64,000 nt of DNA from Macrostomum lignano. Its lineage: Eukaryota. The stretch spans positions 38,621 to 102,620 of the forward strand of contig NIVC01003355.1 of the NCBI GenBank assembly GCA_002269645.1, in the 5' to 3' direction. Both the position numbers and the translations under genes were made by a program. This document shows positions 12,298 through 22,779 of the stretch, piece by piece. The notes beneath the pieces are model-generated. The model searched no databases. It saw only the letters and a program-made list of their open reading frames with translations, and had not been told where the DNA came from. Each line of letters opens with the position of its first letter. Within the stretch, counting starts at the first letter, position 1.

Positions 12298-13680
12298 ATC
12301 GGCGCGGCGTGGTCTCGGCGTGGTGCTGACGCACTGAGTTGACGGCCAGGACCCAAACCGCAGTCTAACGACGGCTCAGAAGGGCCACTCGCAGTTGGAC
12401 AAGGTGCATGGCGCTAGTGATCATGTTCGGCCTCCAGCGCTTCAACCAGTTCCTCCAAGGCCGCAAAGTTCGTCATCTTGATCAACTAAAAGCCGCTCGT
12501 AGGGCTCCTTGGTGAAAACAAGGCGATTCCGCGGAGCACGCGGCTGCTCGCATGCAGTGCTGGGCGATCCATTTGAACGGTTACGACTAATTGCTGGAGT
12601 TCCGGCCTACCAGCAAGCACGCCAACTGCAACTCGCTGTCCCGGTTACCACTGCCGAGGCAGTTCGAAGAGGAGCCAGCTGTTAAAGCCCTTGGCGAGAC
12701 CGGGATGAGGAGACCGGGTCCACTAGACCGGCGTGCCAATGGCTGTCGCTGACCTGATCAACTTCGCGAGGCGGCGGGAGACGGGTTGAGCGTCAAGCAG
12801 GGCTGCGTGTTGTGGGGCGCCCGCGTCCTGGTGTCGGCGCGGTTCTGCGACAAGGCGTGCTGGACGAGCTACACCAGGCGCACCCCGGAATCAACCGCAT
12901 GCAAACACTGGCCCGCAGCTACGTCTGCGGCCCGCGGCCTGGACGAGCAGCTAGCGATGACCGTCAACTCGTGCCGGACCTGTACGCTGAACCAAGCGGA
13001 CCCGCGGCCAAAGCGATCCGGTGTAACCGTTGCCGTCCCTGCTGAACTTTGGGGCGAGACTGCACCTGGACTTCGCCGGCTCCGCGCTAACGTTCGCACG
13101 TACCTGGTAATCGCCGACGGAGGTTCAGCCGGTGCACAGCGTAACATCAGCTGCCACTATCGAGCGACTTCGCGAGGTCCTCGCCAGACTGGGCATGATC
13201 CCCGGGTGTTGGTCTCCGACAGCGGCCCACAGTTTAGCTCCCCGGAGTTCAGCACAGCGAGTTCACAAGATGCAACGTCGGCATCGCCGACACATTTTCT
13301 CGGCGCCGTTCCATCCAGCAACGAACAGCCAGGCGGAGAAGTTTGTCCAGGTTCTCAAGCGACATATATCCTCATGAGCGAGCACTCAATGGCGGCACTG
13401 CGGCAGATGCTGCAGCTGTCGTCATACCGCAACACACCGCACTCGATCACTGGCGAGGCTCCAGCTAGCTGCGCTCATCGGCCGCAGACCTCACTGCGAG
13501 TCGGCTGGACCTGCTGATGCCATCGCTGACGAGCAGCATGCAGCAGCGCCAGAGCGGCAGGTGGAGCAGCAGCCGCATGCGCGCGAGTTTCAAGTCGGCA
13601 ATCGAGATCTACTGTGCGACTTCAGCTCCAACGCAAAGGCTGGCGGCGACACCCACCTGGTCGGAGGGCGCCGCGATCGT
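12298..13680 (+). pseudogene. Decayed Ty3/Gypsy pol: RNase H and integrase
   Basis: Frameshifted motifs GLGVVLTH, SQLDK, RFNQFLQGRK, LHQAHPGINRMQTLARSYV (HHCC finger), LHLDFAG, LVSDSGPQFSSPEF and APFHPATNSQAEKFVQ. Confidence 0.92.
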
Positions 13681-14534
13681 ATCTGCTGGATACGCTGAAA
13701 TGTTTTATCTTCTTAGCGTATTTTTCCGTAAAACCTGCCTCCATAATTTTTTACAAAACGTAGTTTCCCGTCCTTCTACAGCTCGTACATGGTACTTTAG
13801 AGTAGATCCTTGATCGAAGGTCGCGTCGATAAATTGATCGAAAAGCTGAATGCATGTAAAACTGTTTGGAGCTTTTTTCATTAGTGATGATATGCGCAGT
13901 ACAAAGCAATGCATACAACATGTAAGCGAAAAGCTTACATGACATGTGCATGCACCGTACCGAGTGAGGCCAACCGATATATGGAACTCTGCGACTGCAA
14001 CGTTGATTTGTAGAACTTTTTGAACCGAGCTTATTGTAAGATTAGGGCAGAAAAGTTTTGTTGAAATATGAAACTGATGATAAGCGGATAAAAATGATTT
14101 ATATATGTATGTATCGTACGATATCCGCGCCGGTTGTGCTCTGAGAGTCTGAGACTGAGATCAATGCCCGATTGTATTGATTCGACTTAACAGTTAAATG
14201 TAATTAATAGTGTACTCGGTAAAACAAATTTGGGTTGTTTTTAGATTTGTTTAATAAAAACAATGGTGTACTGAATAGTACAGCTGGAAGTGATACATGT
14301 ATATGATATTTGCAATTCCCCAGTAGTCGAGCGAACAGATCACCAAATGCTTTTTTTCTGATATTTTTAAACTTGACCCCACGGTTCTTGTTCTTGAAGT
14401 TAGAAGAAGACGACGACAGTATAAGGAAGTTTGTTCCTTAATTAAAAGAAGTTGCAAGTTGGCTAATAGCTAGGCCTACATGACCTAGTGGGACCTAGAA
14501 CACAGTTTAAATCAGTATCGGTCAGTAGCAAGTA

Positions 14535-14608
14535 ATGGACTTAAAGATACAACCCTCAAGACATCGCTATCCATATTGTATTGTTTGGACTCCAATTCCT
14601 ATTCTAAG
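14535..14608 (+). CDS. TMEM222: TMEM222 (DUF778/RTE1 family), exon 1
   Basis: MDLKIQPSRHRYPYCIVWTPIPIL matches the family motif RFPYCVVWTPIP; donor AG|GTAGGT, phase 2. Confidence 0.9.
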
Positions 14609-15268
14609 GTAGGTTTTTTCTTAGGCCTAAGCGCCTATGTCTTATCATACTATGTATTAATTTAAGGTGTATGACTAGACCTCATGCATAAAGATAAATT
14701 TATATTAGATGTAGGCCCTAAGCCCTAGGCTGAATGATATAAGTAAGACTGACTATAGACTTATGGTATAATGAAAGACTGAATACTGAATAGGCTAGGC
14801 CCTAGGCCTAGCCTAGGTCCTAGTCCTAGGAAAACATTATCATTATACCTAGACATTAATTCTAAAGGGAAGTCATATGAATAGTAAATGTGTCAAAAGT
14901 CTAAAATGTAAATAAAAAAGAATATCTTAAGGCTTTAATTAATCTATATTTTATAGGGCCTAGGCCCCTACTAGATTTAAAAAAGACAGTGCTTATTCTC
15001 ATGGTCCAATGCCTATCAATCAATAGGCCTAACATCAATAGGGCCTGCTATCCACATGACATGGCATTATTACCATGCTAATAATGCCTTGATTTTTGCA
15101 TGATTTTTGAATTATGATAATCACATTTAAAAAAGCAAAACTTAGGATTACCAGGTGTTGGAAGTCTTTTCAATAAATTAAAAGCAACATAAAAAGTATT
15201 ATTACTCAAATTTTATGTATTTTTGGCTGCTAAAACTTTTTGCACATGTTCATGCCTTGTAGTTAATA

Positions 15269-16279
15269 TTATTCAAAATAGCCATTTCCAGCTTCAATGA
15301 CTCTCTTAAGGCATCCTCAGAAAGCCCTGCAAGTGTCACGGATATAGGCTGGTGACATAGCATTCAACTCTTCTATTATAGCAGCCTTCAGTGACTCAAT
15401 GTTGCTATGACAGACAGTGCAGGCCTTGTTTTCAATGTGCACCCACACACTGTAATCAAGTGGCAATAGATCTGGCAACAATGGCAGCCAGTACAACTTT
15501 GGCTTGAAGTTCATGTTCTGCTCCAGCCACTCCTATGCAGCCCTTGATGTATGTACAGGTGCTCCGTCCTGTTGAAACACATAATTTCCATCAGGGAAGT
15601 TGGCATTAATCTATGGCTTGATTTTGCTAGTAAGAACATTGTACTCTGCTCTAGTCAATTGGTATCCAACAAAAAACCATACTAGTGGGCAGACGCAGCC
15701 ATTCAACGCAATGACACCAAGCATCATCCTGCTTGAGGGGTACTTGGTTGTTGAGACAAACCTAACTGACTCTGGAATGTCCTTCTCAAGCTTGATGAAT
15801 CTTTCATTGCAACAGTTTCAAGTAGGATCCACGTCAAAGTTCTTCTCATTGCTGAAGATGATGATGCGTCCAGTAGGAGCTGACTTCAAATTGTTCAAGA
15901 GTAGGCTTGCTCTCTCCAGACAGTTTTGTTGCACCGCGTCACTTAGCAAAGGCCTAGTCTCCTGCACTGCGAGGGACTTGCCACCAAGCTTTTTCATGGT
16001 TCTTAAGTTGGTCAACTTGTAGATGTTGAATTCTTGTCCCAGGCTTGCCATTGAATGCTTTGGATTCTCAAGAATGGCATCTTGAAGCTCAGAATTGCTC
16101 ACTGCCACTAGCTGGCCACTTTGTTGCTTGTCTTTTAAAGCATCTTCAACTTCTTCATTGGCCATTCACTTCTTGATGTTGTACAATGTTCTTTCAATGC
16201 AGTTTACCATTGTAGTGATTTCCTTAGGTTTGATACCCGCGTGTAGCAAGGTGGTAATCTGATACCTTTTCATCTCCAT
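15269..16279 (-). pseudogene. Tc1/mariner (maT-like, DDxD) transposase relic in TMEM222 intron 1
   Basis: One 337-codon frame with a few in-frame stops: IIFSNEKNF (first D mutated to N), YVFQQDGAPVH, WLPLLPDLLPLDYSVW, ending GNGYFE*. TIRs not identified. Confidence 0.92.
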
Positions 16280-17149
16280 CTTATAATAAAGTGGTCAGAT
16301 TGATCTGAAATGCAATTTTGTTTTTGTTCTTGGTAGTTTCAGTTGTAGAAATTTGAAATGATAGGTAAGTTTAAGATATTTTAGGATAAACTTTCCTATT
16401 AATAAAGAGCAATTTGGCTTTAAATAAAGCATATTTTTCTTTTCATTTAGATTAGCTACTAAGAAAGTCTAATTTGAAAAAAGGATGACAAAAATTTAAT
16501 ATCATAAAATTTGCACAAAAGGAATCTTATCTCAAACAACTAAGAATTAATCCCAATCAATGCATTTGAAAAATTATAGCTTAATAATCAATGCACTTAA
16601 TAATATCTTTTGTTGAATATCTAAACTCTCTTTGAATTCTTGTCTTTATTCTTTAGGACCTTTATTGAGTTACATATTTAAATCCTAATAGGATTAGTAT
16701 TTCAATAATTGGACTTATTTTGTAAATAATGCTATTTGTTTTTATAAATCTAGGTCTAAATTCAATTTAGCATGTCAACTAAAGACAGAAGCATGTTAGT
16801 TATTATCTAGCTTATGGTTTAAAATCAAGTCTCTTTGACCCATAAAAGTTGTATAAAATTTGCAGACTATACTTGTAGATAAATCATAATTAACAACTGA
16901 CTGAAATCTTAGAGTCCCAAGAATCCTACCAGTTATAAGATTATTGATACCTGAAATATAATATGAATTTTCAGAAAAAAATATAAATTTAATCTTAGAT
17001 TAAAGAGATGAAGTTATCATTATTTAAGCTCAAAGCTTATCTCACATGTGTTATATTAATTCCTAAACCTATATATTGGGGGGTTGGCAAAAAATTTAAC
17101 ATGAAGGCCAGATACTCCTATAGAATCTAGTGCATGACTGCGAGTCAGG

Positions 17150-17700
17150 GAAGAGAGGAGAGAGGGAGATGAGAGAAATAGGGGAGAGATGGGGAGAAAT
17201 GAGAGAGGAAATGAGGGAGGTATGGGGGAAGGAGGGGAGATGAGAGAGGTGAGGGGAAGGGAGATGAGAGAGGTGAGGGGAAGGGAGAGGAGAGATGAGG
17301 GGAAGGGAGATGAGAGAGATGAGGGGAATGGAGATGAGAGAGGTGAGGGGAAGGGAGAGGAGAGAGGTGAGGGGAAGGGAGAGGTGAGGGGAAGGGAGAT
17401 GAGAGAGATGAGGGGAATGGAGATGAGAGAGGTGAGGGGAAGGGAGAGGAGAGAGGTGAGGGGAAGGGAGAGGAGAGAGGTGAGGGGAAGGGAGAGGAGA
17501 GAGGTGAGGGGAAGGGAGATGAGAGAGGTGAGGGAAAGGGAGATGAGAGAGGTGAGGGGAAGGGAGAGGAGAGAGGTGAGGGGAAGGGAGATGAGAGAGA
17601 TGAGGGGAAGGGAGATGAGAGGTGAGGGGAAGGGAGAGGAGAGAGGTGAGGGGAAGGGAGAGGAGAGAGATGAGGGGAAGGGAGAGGAGAGGGAAAGAAG
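17150..17700. repeat. About 24-bp AG-rich minisatellite (GAGAGAGGTGAGGGGAAGGGA…)
   Basis: Direct inspection. Confidence 0.92.
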
Positions 17701-17873
17701 AATGTTGTGAGGGGGTGAGAGAGGGGCTGAGAAGAGATACAAGCATTAAGTGGATCGGATTGCTACTAAGAAGTTTCAAAGGACTTAAGGGCCGGGTAAA
17801 GAGGCTTCACAGGCTGGAGTTTGCCAACCCCTGCTATACAAGTATAGTTTTGGATACTAAATCAACATTTTAG

Positions 17874-18096
17874 TTGGCTCATTCCACTTATTGGTCACAT
17901 GGGCATCTGCACTAGCGCTGGAGTGGTTCGCGATTTTGCCGGACCCTACACCATTGGCGAAGATGAAATGGCATTTGGATGGCCAACTAAACTGTGGCAA
18001 TTGAGTCCGGCACTGGTGCAAACTGATTCTAATGCTGCCGCGCTTGACTGGGACAGCGCCGTGAATGGCGCTTGCGATGTCTATAGAGGGCGCATG
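17874..18096 (+). CDS. TMEM222: TMEM222 exon 2
   Basis: WLIPLIGHMGICTSAGVVRDFAGPYTIGEDEMAFGWP…YRGRM; acceptor TTTTAG| and donor ATG|GTAGGT. Confidence 0.95.
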
Positions 18097-18194
18097 GTAG
18101 GTTTTCCTTACTGCTGCTCTGGATTGTGAAGATTACAAGTGAAATAGGACTGGAGATTTTAATGAGAGACTGCTGCTGGTAGAACAATGTCGAG

Positions 18195-18440
18195 GCGGAA
18201 TGATGCTAAGAGGGAATGATGCTGGAAGAGAGATGTGGGAAGGGAGTGATGCTGGGAGAGAGTGATGCTGAGAGGGAATTATGCTGAGAGGGAATTATGC
18301 GGAGAGGGAATGATGCTGAGAGGGAATTATGCTGGGAGAGAGTGATGCTGAGAGGGAATTATGCTGGGAGAGAGTGATGCTGAGAGGGAATGATGCTGAG
18401 GGGGAGTGATGCTGAGGGAGAATGATGCTGAAGGGGAATT
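18195..18440. repeat. About 17-bp minisatellite (GAGAGGGAATGATGCT) in TMEM222 intron 2
   Basis: Direct inspection. Confidence 0.85.
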
Positions 18441-18697
18441 ATGCTTCCGGGAAGAATGCTGCATGCTAAATTATGTGGGATTTTAATGGTTGCATTGGAT
18501 TTTGCTGCATAAAGGATTTCATTGATGATATTTTACTACGTCCAATGCGGACGTGCCCAGTGGGATTTTGGGGATTTGGAGTTTCCCTAATAATTTGATT
18601 GGGACTATTTAAGTATCTATATATCTGAAAGCAAGTCATAGTTACCCTTGCCGTTTACCGCAGCTCAAAAAGCATTGGAAATACGTTAATCCCGCAG

Positions 18698-18828
18698 CAT
18701 AATCTACTATGCGACAACTGTCACAGTCATGCAGCCTTAGCGCTGAATCTCATGCACTACAACAATTGTCGGTCCTGGAATATGGTTAAATTATTCTTTG
18801 TGTTCACTCTGCATAGCAGATATGTCAG
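18698..18828 (+). CDS. TMEM222: TMEM222 exon 3
   Basis: HNLLCDNCHSHAALALNLMHYNNCRSWNMV matches the family motif HNLCCDNCHSHVALALNLM; canonical splice sites. Confidence 0.95.
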
Positions 18829-18894
18829 GTATGTTTTCTATTTCTAATGCTTTCTAAGATGTACTTTAATTTATTGATAACCGCCAAATTTTAG

Positions 18895-18979
18895 TTGGGC
18901 CAGTCTAGTTCAAACCTGGCTGTCGTTCTGCATTCTGGCGATCGTTGTAATCTGTTTCAGCGCTTTTCTGAGGCAGTGA
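18895..18979 (+). CDS. TMEM222: TMEM222 exon 4 (C-terminal hydrophobic helix and stop)
   Basis: WASLVQTWLSFCILAIVVICFSAFLRQ*, resembling KTWLPF…; follows a 66-nt intron; spliced total is 513 nt. Confidence 0.9.
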
Positions 18980-19124
18980 CTCAAGTTTTAAAAGTGACCA
19001 CAATGTGCACGTTACAGTGTGTTTTGTTCATTGTTAATAATTAATATAAGAGCTCTCTAGAAATTTTTATTTTTTTCTTCTGAAAGTCTTCTGCACTGTT
19101 TTTTGTATTTTTTCTTGTTTCTTA

Positions 19125-19730
19125 GCTTACTCTTGATCCTCAGTTGCCGGGCTAGCCTCCCAGATCCTCAATTGCTGGGCCAGCCTCCCAGATCCTCAGT
19201 TTCTGGGCCAGCCTCCCAGATCCCCAGTTGCTGGGCCAGCCTCCCACAGTGTCAGTTTCTAGGCCAGCCTCCCAGATCCCCAGTTTCTGGGCCAGCCTCC
19301 CAGATCCTCAGTTGCTGGGCCAGCCTCCCAGATCCCCAGTTTCTGGGCCAGCCTCCCAGATCCCCAGTTTCTGGGCCAGCCTCTCAGATCCCCAGTTTCT
19401 GGGCCAGCCTCCCAGATCCTCAGTTGCTGGGCCAGCCTCCCAGATCCTCAGTTGCCGGGCTAGCCTCCCAGATCCTCAGTTGCCGGGCTAGCCTCCCAGA
19501 TCCTCAGTTGCTGGGCCAGCCTCCCAGATCCCCAGTTTCTGGGCCAGCCTCTCAGATCCCCAGTTTCTGGGCGAGCCTCCTAGATCCCAGTTTCTGGGCC
19601 AGCCTCCCAGATCCTCAGTTGCCGGGCTAGCCTCCCAGATCCTCAGTTGCCGGGCTAGCCTCCCAGATCCTCAGTTGCTGGGCTAGCCTCCCAGATCCCC
19701 AGTTTCTGGGCCAGCCTCCCTGATCCTCAG
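19125..19730. repeat. 30-bp minisatellite (GGGCCAGCCTCCCAGATCCTCAGTTGCT…)
   Basis: About 20 tandem copies. Confidence 0.95.
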
Positions 19731-19848
19731 TGGTCTTAATTCTTCCGATAGAGCTGCCACCTCCCAATACTCATAAGATAAGCTTTTAACTTTATAGATA
19801 GAAATGATACCAATGAATATCACAGTAAAAAATGCTGCTTTCCAGCTG

Positions 19849-20516
19849 ATGAAGCAGAAGCAGCAGTTGCCCAGCTCGAGCAGCGATTTCGACTGCGCTG
19901 AATGCGGTTTTAAAATTCCAAAATCTGTAGGCAACTATCACCGCTGCTCTGTCTGTCTGCTGTCGGCTCATCTTGACTGCTCAGCTAGACTCTTTCCTGC
20001 CTCGCTGATCGCCAAGGTTGGGGCTGCCAGTTCATCCTCATCCAGCGTTTGCCGGTTTTGCAGCCAAAATTCCGCGTGTCAGAAGTGTGATGACAGCGGC
20101 AGTAATAATGCTGATAATTCTGGAACCTGCAGCTGTTTAGTATGCGAGAGGCCTGTGCTGTCCTCTGCCGAACAGTTCACCCAGTGCCCGTCGTGTCTGC
20201 TGGGCGTTCATCGGCATTGCATTGTGAACACCGATGCTAGGGCTGCAAGTTATCGCCAGTTGTTTCAAGATTCCACTATGCCACCATTCTGCAAGTTATG
20301 CGCTAGTCACGTGACTACTAAAACTAGTACTACTAATCAAAAAAGTAACGCGGCTAGATCGTCTAGTTCCGGTTGGAAATTTCCTAAGGGCTTTGGCAAT
20401 GCTGAAGCAACTTCCGGCGGCTCATCAAAATTGAATTCCGATGGTTCAAGTGCAACTTTCGGTTCCGCAACGTTGAAGCCAACGTTGAAACGATCGTCTA
20501 CTCGAGCTGCTACCAG
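19849..20516 (+). CDS. PHD/RING zinc-finger protein, exon with two PHD-like C4HC3 fingers
   Basis: Fingers CAEC…CSVC…HLDC…CRFC and CLVC…CPSC…HRHC…CKLC. Acceptor TTCCAG| at 19845 just before the ATG; donor AG|GTATGC, phase 2. Start codon uncertain (alternative ATG at 19804). Confidence 0.8.
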
Positions 20517-20589
20517 GTATGCTTAATATCAAAGTCGTCTTGTCGTCTAGGCATAAGATTGCCATTCTTTTTAAAGTATAGTTCAAGCG

Positions 20590-21300
20590 TTTAGGGTCTG
20601 AATTACAGGGTTTAGGGTCTGAATTACAGGGTTTAGGGTATGAATTACACAGTGTAGGGTATGAAATATAGGATTAAGGGTATGAAGTACAGGATTAAGG
20701 GTATGAAGTACAGGATTAAGGGTATGAAGTACAGGATTAAGGGTATGAAGTACAGGATTAAGGGTATGAATTACAAGGTTTAGGGTCTGAATTACAGGAT
20801 TAAGGGTATGAAGTACAGGATTAAGGGTATGAATTACAAGGTTTAGGGTCTGAATTACAGGATTAAGGGTATGAATTACAAGGTTTAGGGTCTGAATTAC
20901 AGGATTAAGGGTATGAAGTACAGGATTAAGGGTATGAAGTACAGGATTAAGGGTATGAAGTACAGGATTAAGGGTATGAATTACAAGGTTTAGGGTCTGA
21001 ATTACAGGATTAAGGGTATGAAGTACAGGATTAAGGGTATGAAGTACAGGATTAAGGGTATGAAGTACAGGATTAAGGGTATGAAGTACAGGATTAAGGG
21101 TATGAATTACAAGGTTTAGGGTATGAATTACAGGGTTTAGGGTATGAATTACAGGATTAAGGGTATGAATTACAGGATTAAGGGTATGAAGTACAGGATT
21201 AAGGGTATGAATTACAGGATTAAGGGTATGAAGTACAGGATTAAGGGTATGAATTACAGGGTTTAGGGTTTACAGGGTTTAGGGTATGAATTACAGGGTT
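20590..21300. repeat. About 21-bp minisatellite (TATGAATTACAGGATTAAGGG) with TTTAGGG variants
   Basis: Direct inspection; lies in the intron. Confidence 0.93.
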
Positions 21301-21532
21301 TTGTGTCTGTACTACTAGGTTCAGAATCTGTAAATTAGGCTTTATATGCAGGTCGACCGATATTCTGTAATGCTAAATTCAGAATATTGAATACTTTCTT
21401 CCGAAGCTGAAATTCATTTTTAGGGTCTGTATATAATTTCCACCCAAGTACAAAGTTAATAAATTAAGTTTAGTGTCATAATAGTATCAAGGGGCGTCAG
21501 CTGATATGATCCCATTTATTCCCCTTTCCAAG

Positions 21533-21687
21533 CACCGCTGGCGCTGGCGCAGATTCCGGCTATCAAGAATCGGAAGACGAAGAGCCCAGAGAGAAGCTGA
21601 GCAAATTAAAAACATCGCTGAAAAAGAAAAAAAGCCAAACTGCTTGCCAAGTCGAAGCCCGCCAGGGGTCATCTGTTGCCGAACTTG
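21533..21687 (+). CDS. PHD/RING protein, acidic/basic linker exon (DSGYQESEDEEPREKLSKLKTSLKKKK)
   Basis: Acceptor TTTCCAAG| is phase-2 compatible; donor G|GTAAGT. Confidence 0.7.
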
Positions 21688-21716
21688 GTAAGTTCTAGCA
21701 AATTGGTTATCGTCAG

Positions 21717-21928
21717 ACTCTGACGACAATCTGTCGGACAGTCCAGTGACTTGCGTAGCCTGCGAAGGCCAACTTAGTCCGTCGGAGAAGTCTGTGGTGC
21801 AGTGCCCGACCTGTCAGCTGGCTTGTCACGACGATCCGGAGTGCTCCGCCGATGTGTTCCCGAGTCCGCCTAGGTGCCGACTGTGTCAGTCTGGGGCCAC
21901 CGTGTCCACGCCTGCTGGCGCTGATGAT
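21717..21928 (+). CDS. PHD/RING protein, exon with third PHD-like finger
   Basis: CVAC…CPTC…H…C…CRLC; acceptor CGTCAG| in phase 1; donor GAT|GTAAGA in phase 0. Confidence 0.75.
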
Positions 21929-21959
21929 GTAAGAGTCTGCTTGGCGGTTTGGGGGTGAT

Positions 21960-22430
21960 TTGATTTACTACTGGTTGTGCACATTGTTAGGGTGGGTTTT
22001 GGTGATGTACATTTTTGAGGTGGCAGTTTTGATGTTGTACATGGTTGGAGTGGGTGTTTTGGGGATCTACATTGTGGGGATGGGGTTTCTTTATGTACAT
22101 TGTTTGAGTGGGTGTTTCGGTGATGAACATCGTTGGGGTGGGTGTTTGGGTGATGTACATTGTTGGGGGTGGGTGTTTGGGTGATGTACATTGTTGGGGT
22201 GGGTGTTTGGGTGATGTACATTGTTGGGGTGAGTGTTTGGGTGATGTACATTGTTGGGGTGGGTGTTTGGGTGATGTACATTGTTGGGGTGAGTGTTTGG
22301 GTGATGTACATTGTTGGGGTGGGTGTTTCGGTGATGCATGTTGTTAGGGTGGGTTTTTAGGTGATGTACATTGTTGGAGTGGGGGTTTGGGTGATGTACA
22401 TTGTTGGGTCGAGTGTTTGGGTGATGTACA
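21960..22430. repeat. 30-bp minisatellite (GGGTGATGTACATTGTTGGGGTGGGTGTTT)
   Basis: Direct inspection; intronic. Confidence 0.9.
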
Positions 22431-22494
22431 CGGGGATTTGTAATTTCTTAGTGGGTGCTGACTCTGCAGCCTCTTCAAACGCCATCACTAACAG

Positions 22495-22755
22495 AGACTG
22501 TTCAACGCAGACGGTTCGGAGGAGTGCCCGATGTGCTTGAACTCTCTGCCAAGTCAAGTGGCCACCCCTGACTGCTGTCCGCACCATCGCTTCTGCCCGC
22601 CCTGCCTTCGCAGCTGGGCTGCTGGCACGCGGATCTGTCCGCTAGACCGGCGGCCGTTTCGCATGCTGCAGGTTCGGGCCCTCACCCAGCCCGACACGGT
22701 GCTATCGAGCGAATTGGCCACGGGCTCGTCTAAAGCTGATGCCAGGATGTACTGA
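22495..22755 (+). CDS. PHD/RING protein, exon with C3HC3D RING (PHRF1/SCAF11 type)
   Basis: ECPMCLNSLPSQVATPDCCPHHRFCPPCLRSWAAGTRICPLDRRPF resembles the PHRF1 RING (…CPVDR). The acceptor at 22494 fits phase 0, but both exon ends are uncertain. Confidence 0.7.
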   Translation, partial: RLFNADGSEECPMCLNSLPSQVATPDCCPHHRFCPPCLRSWAAGTRICPLDRRPFRMLQVRALTQPDTVLSSELATGSSKADARMY

Positions 22756-22779
22756 CTGCTTGTGACTTGTGTGACCTGA

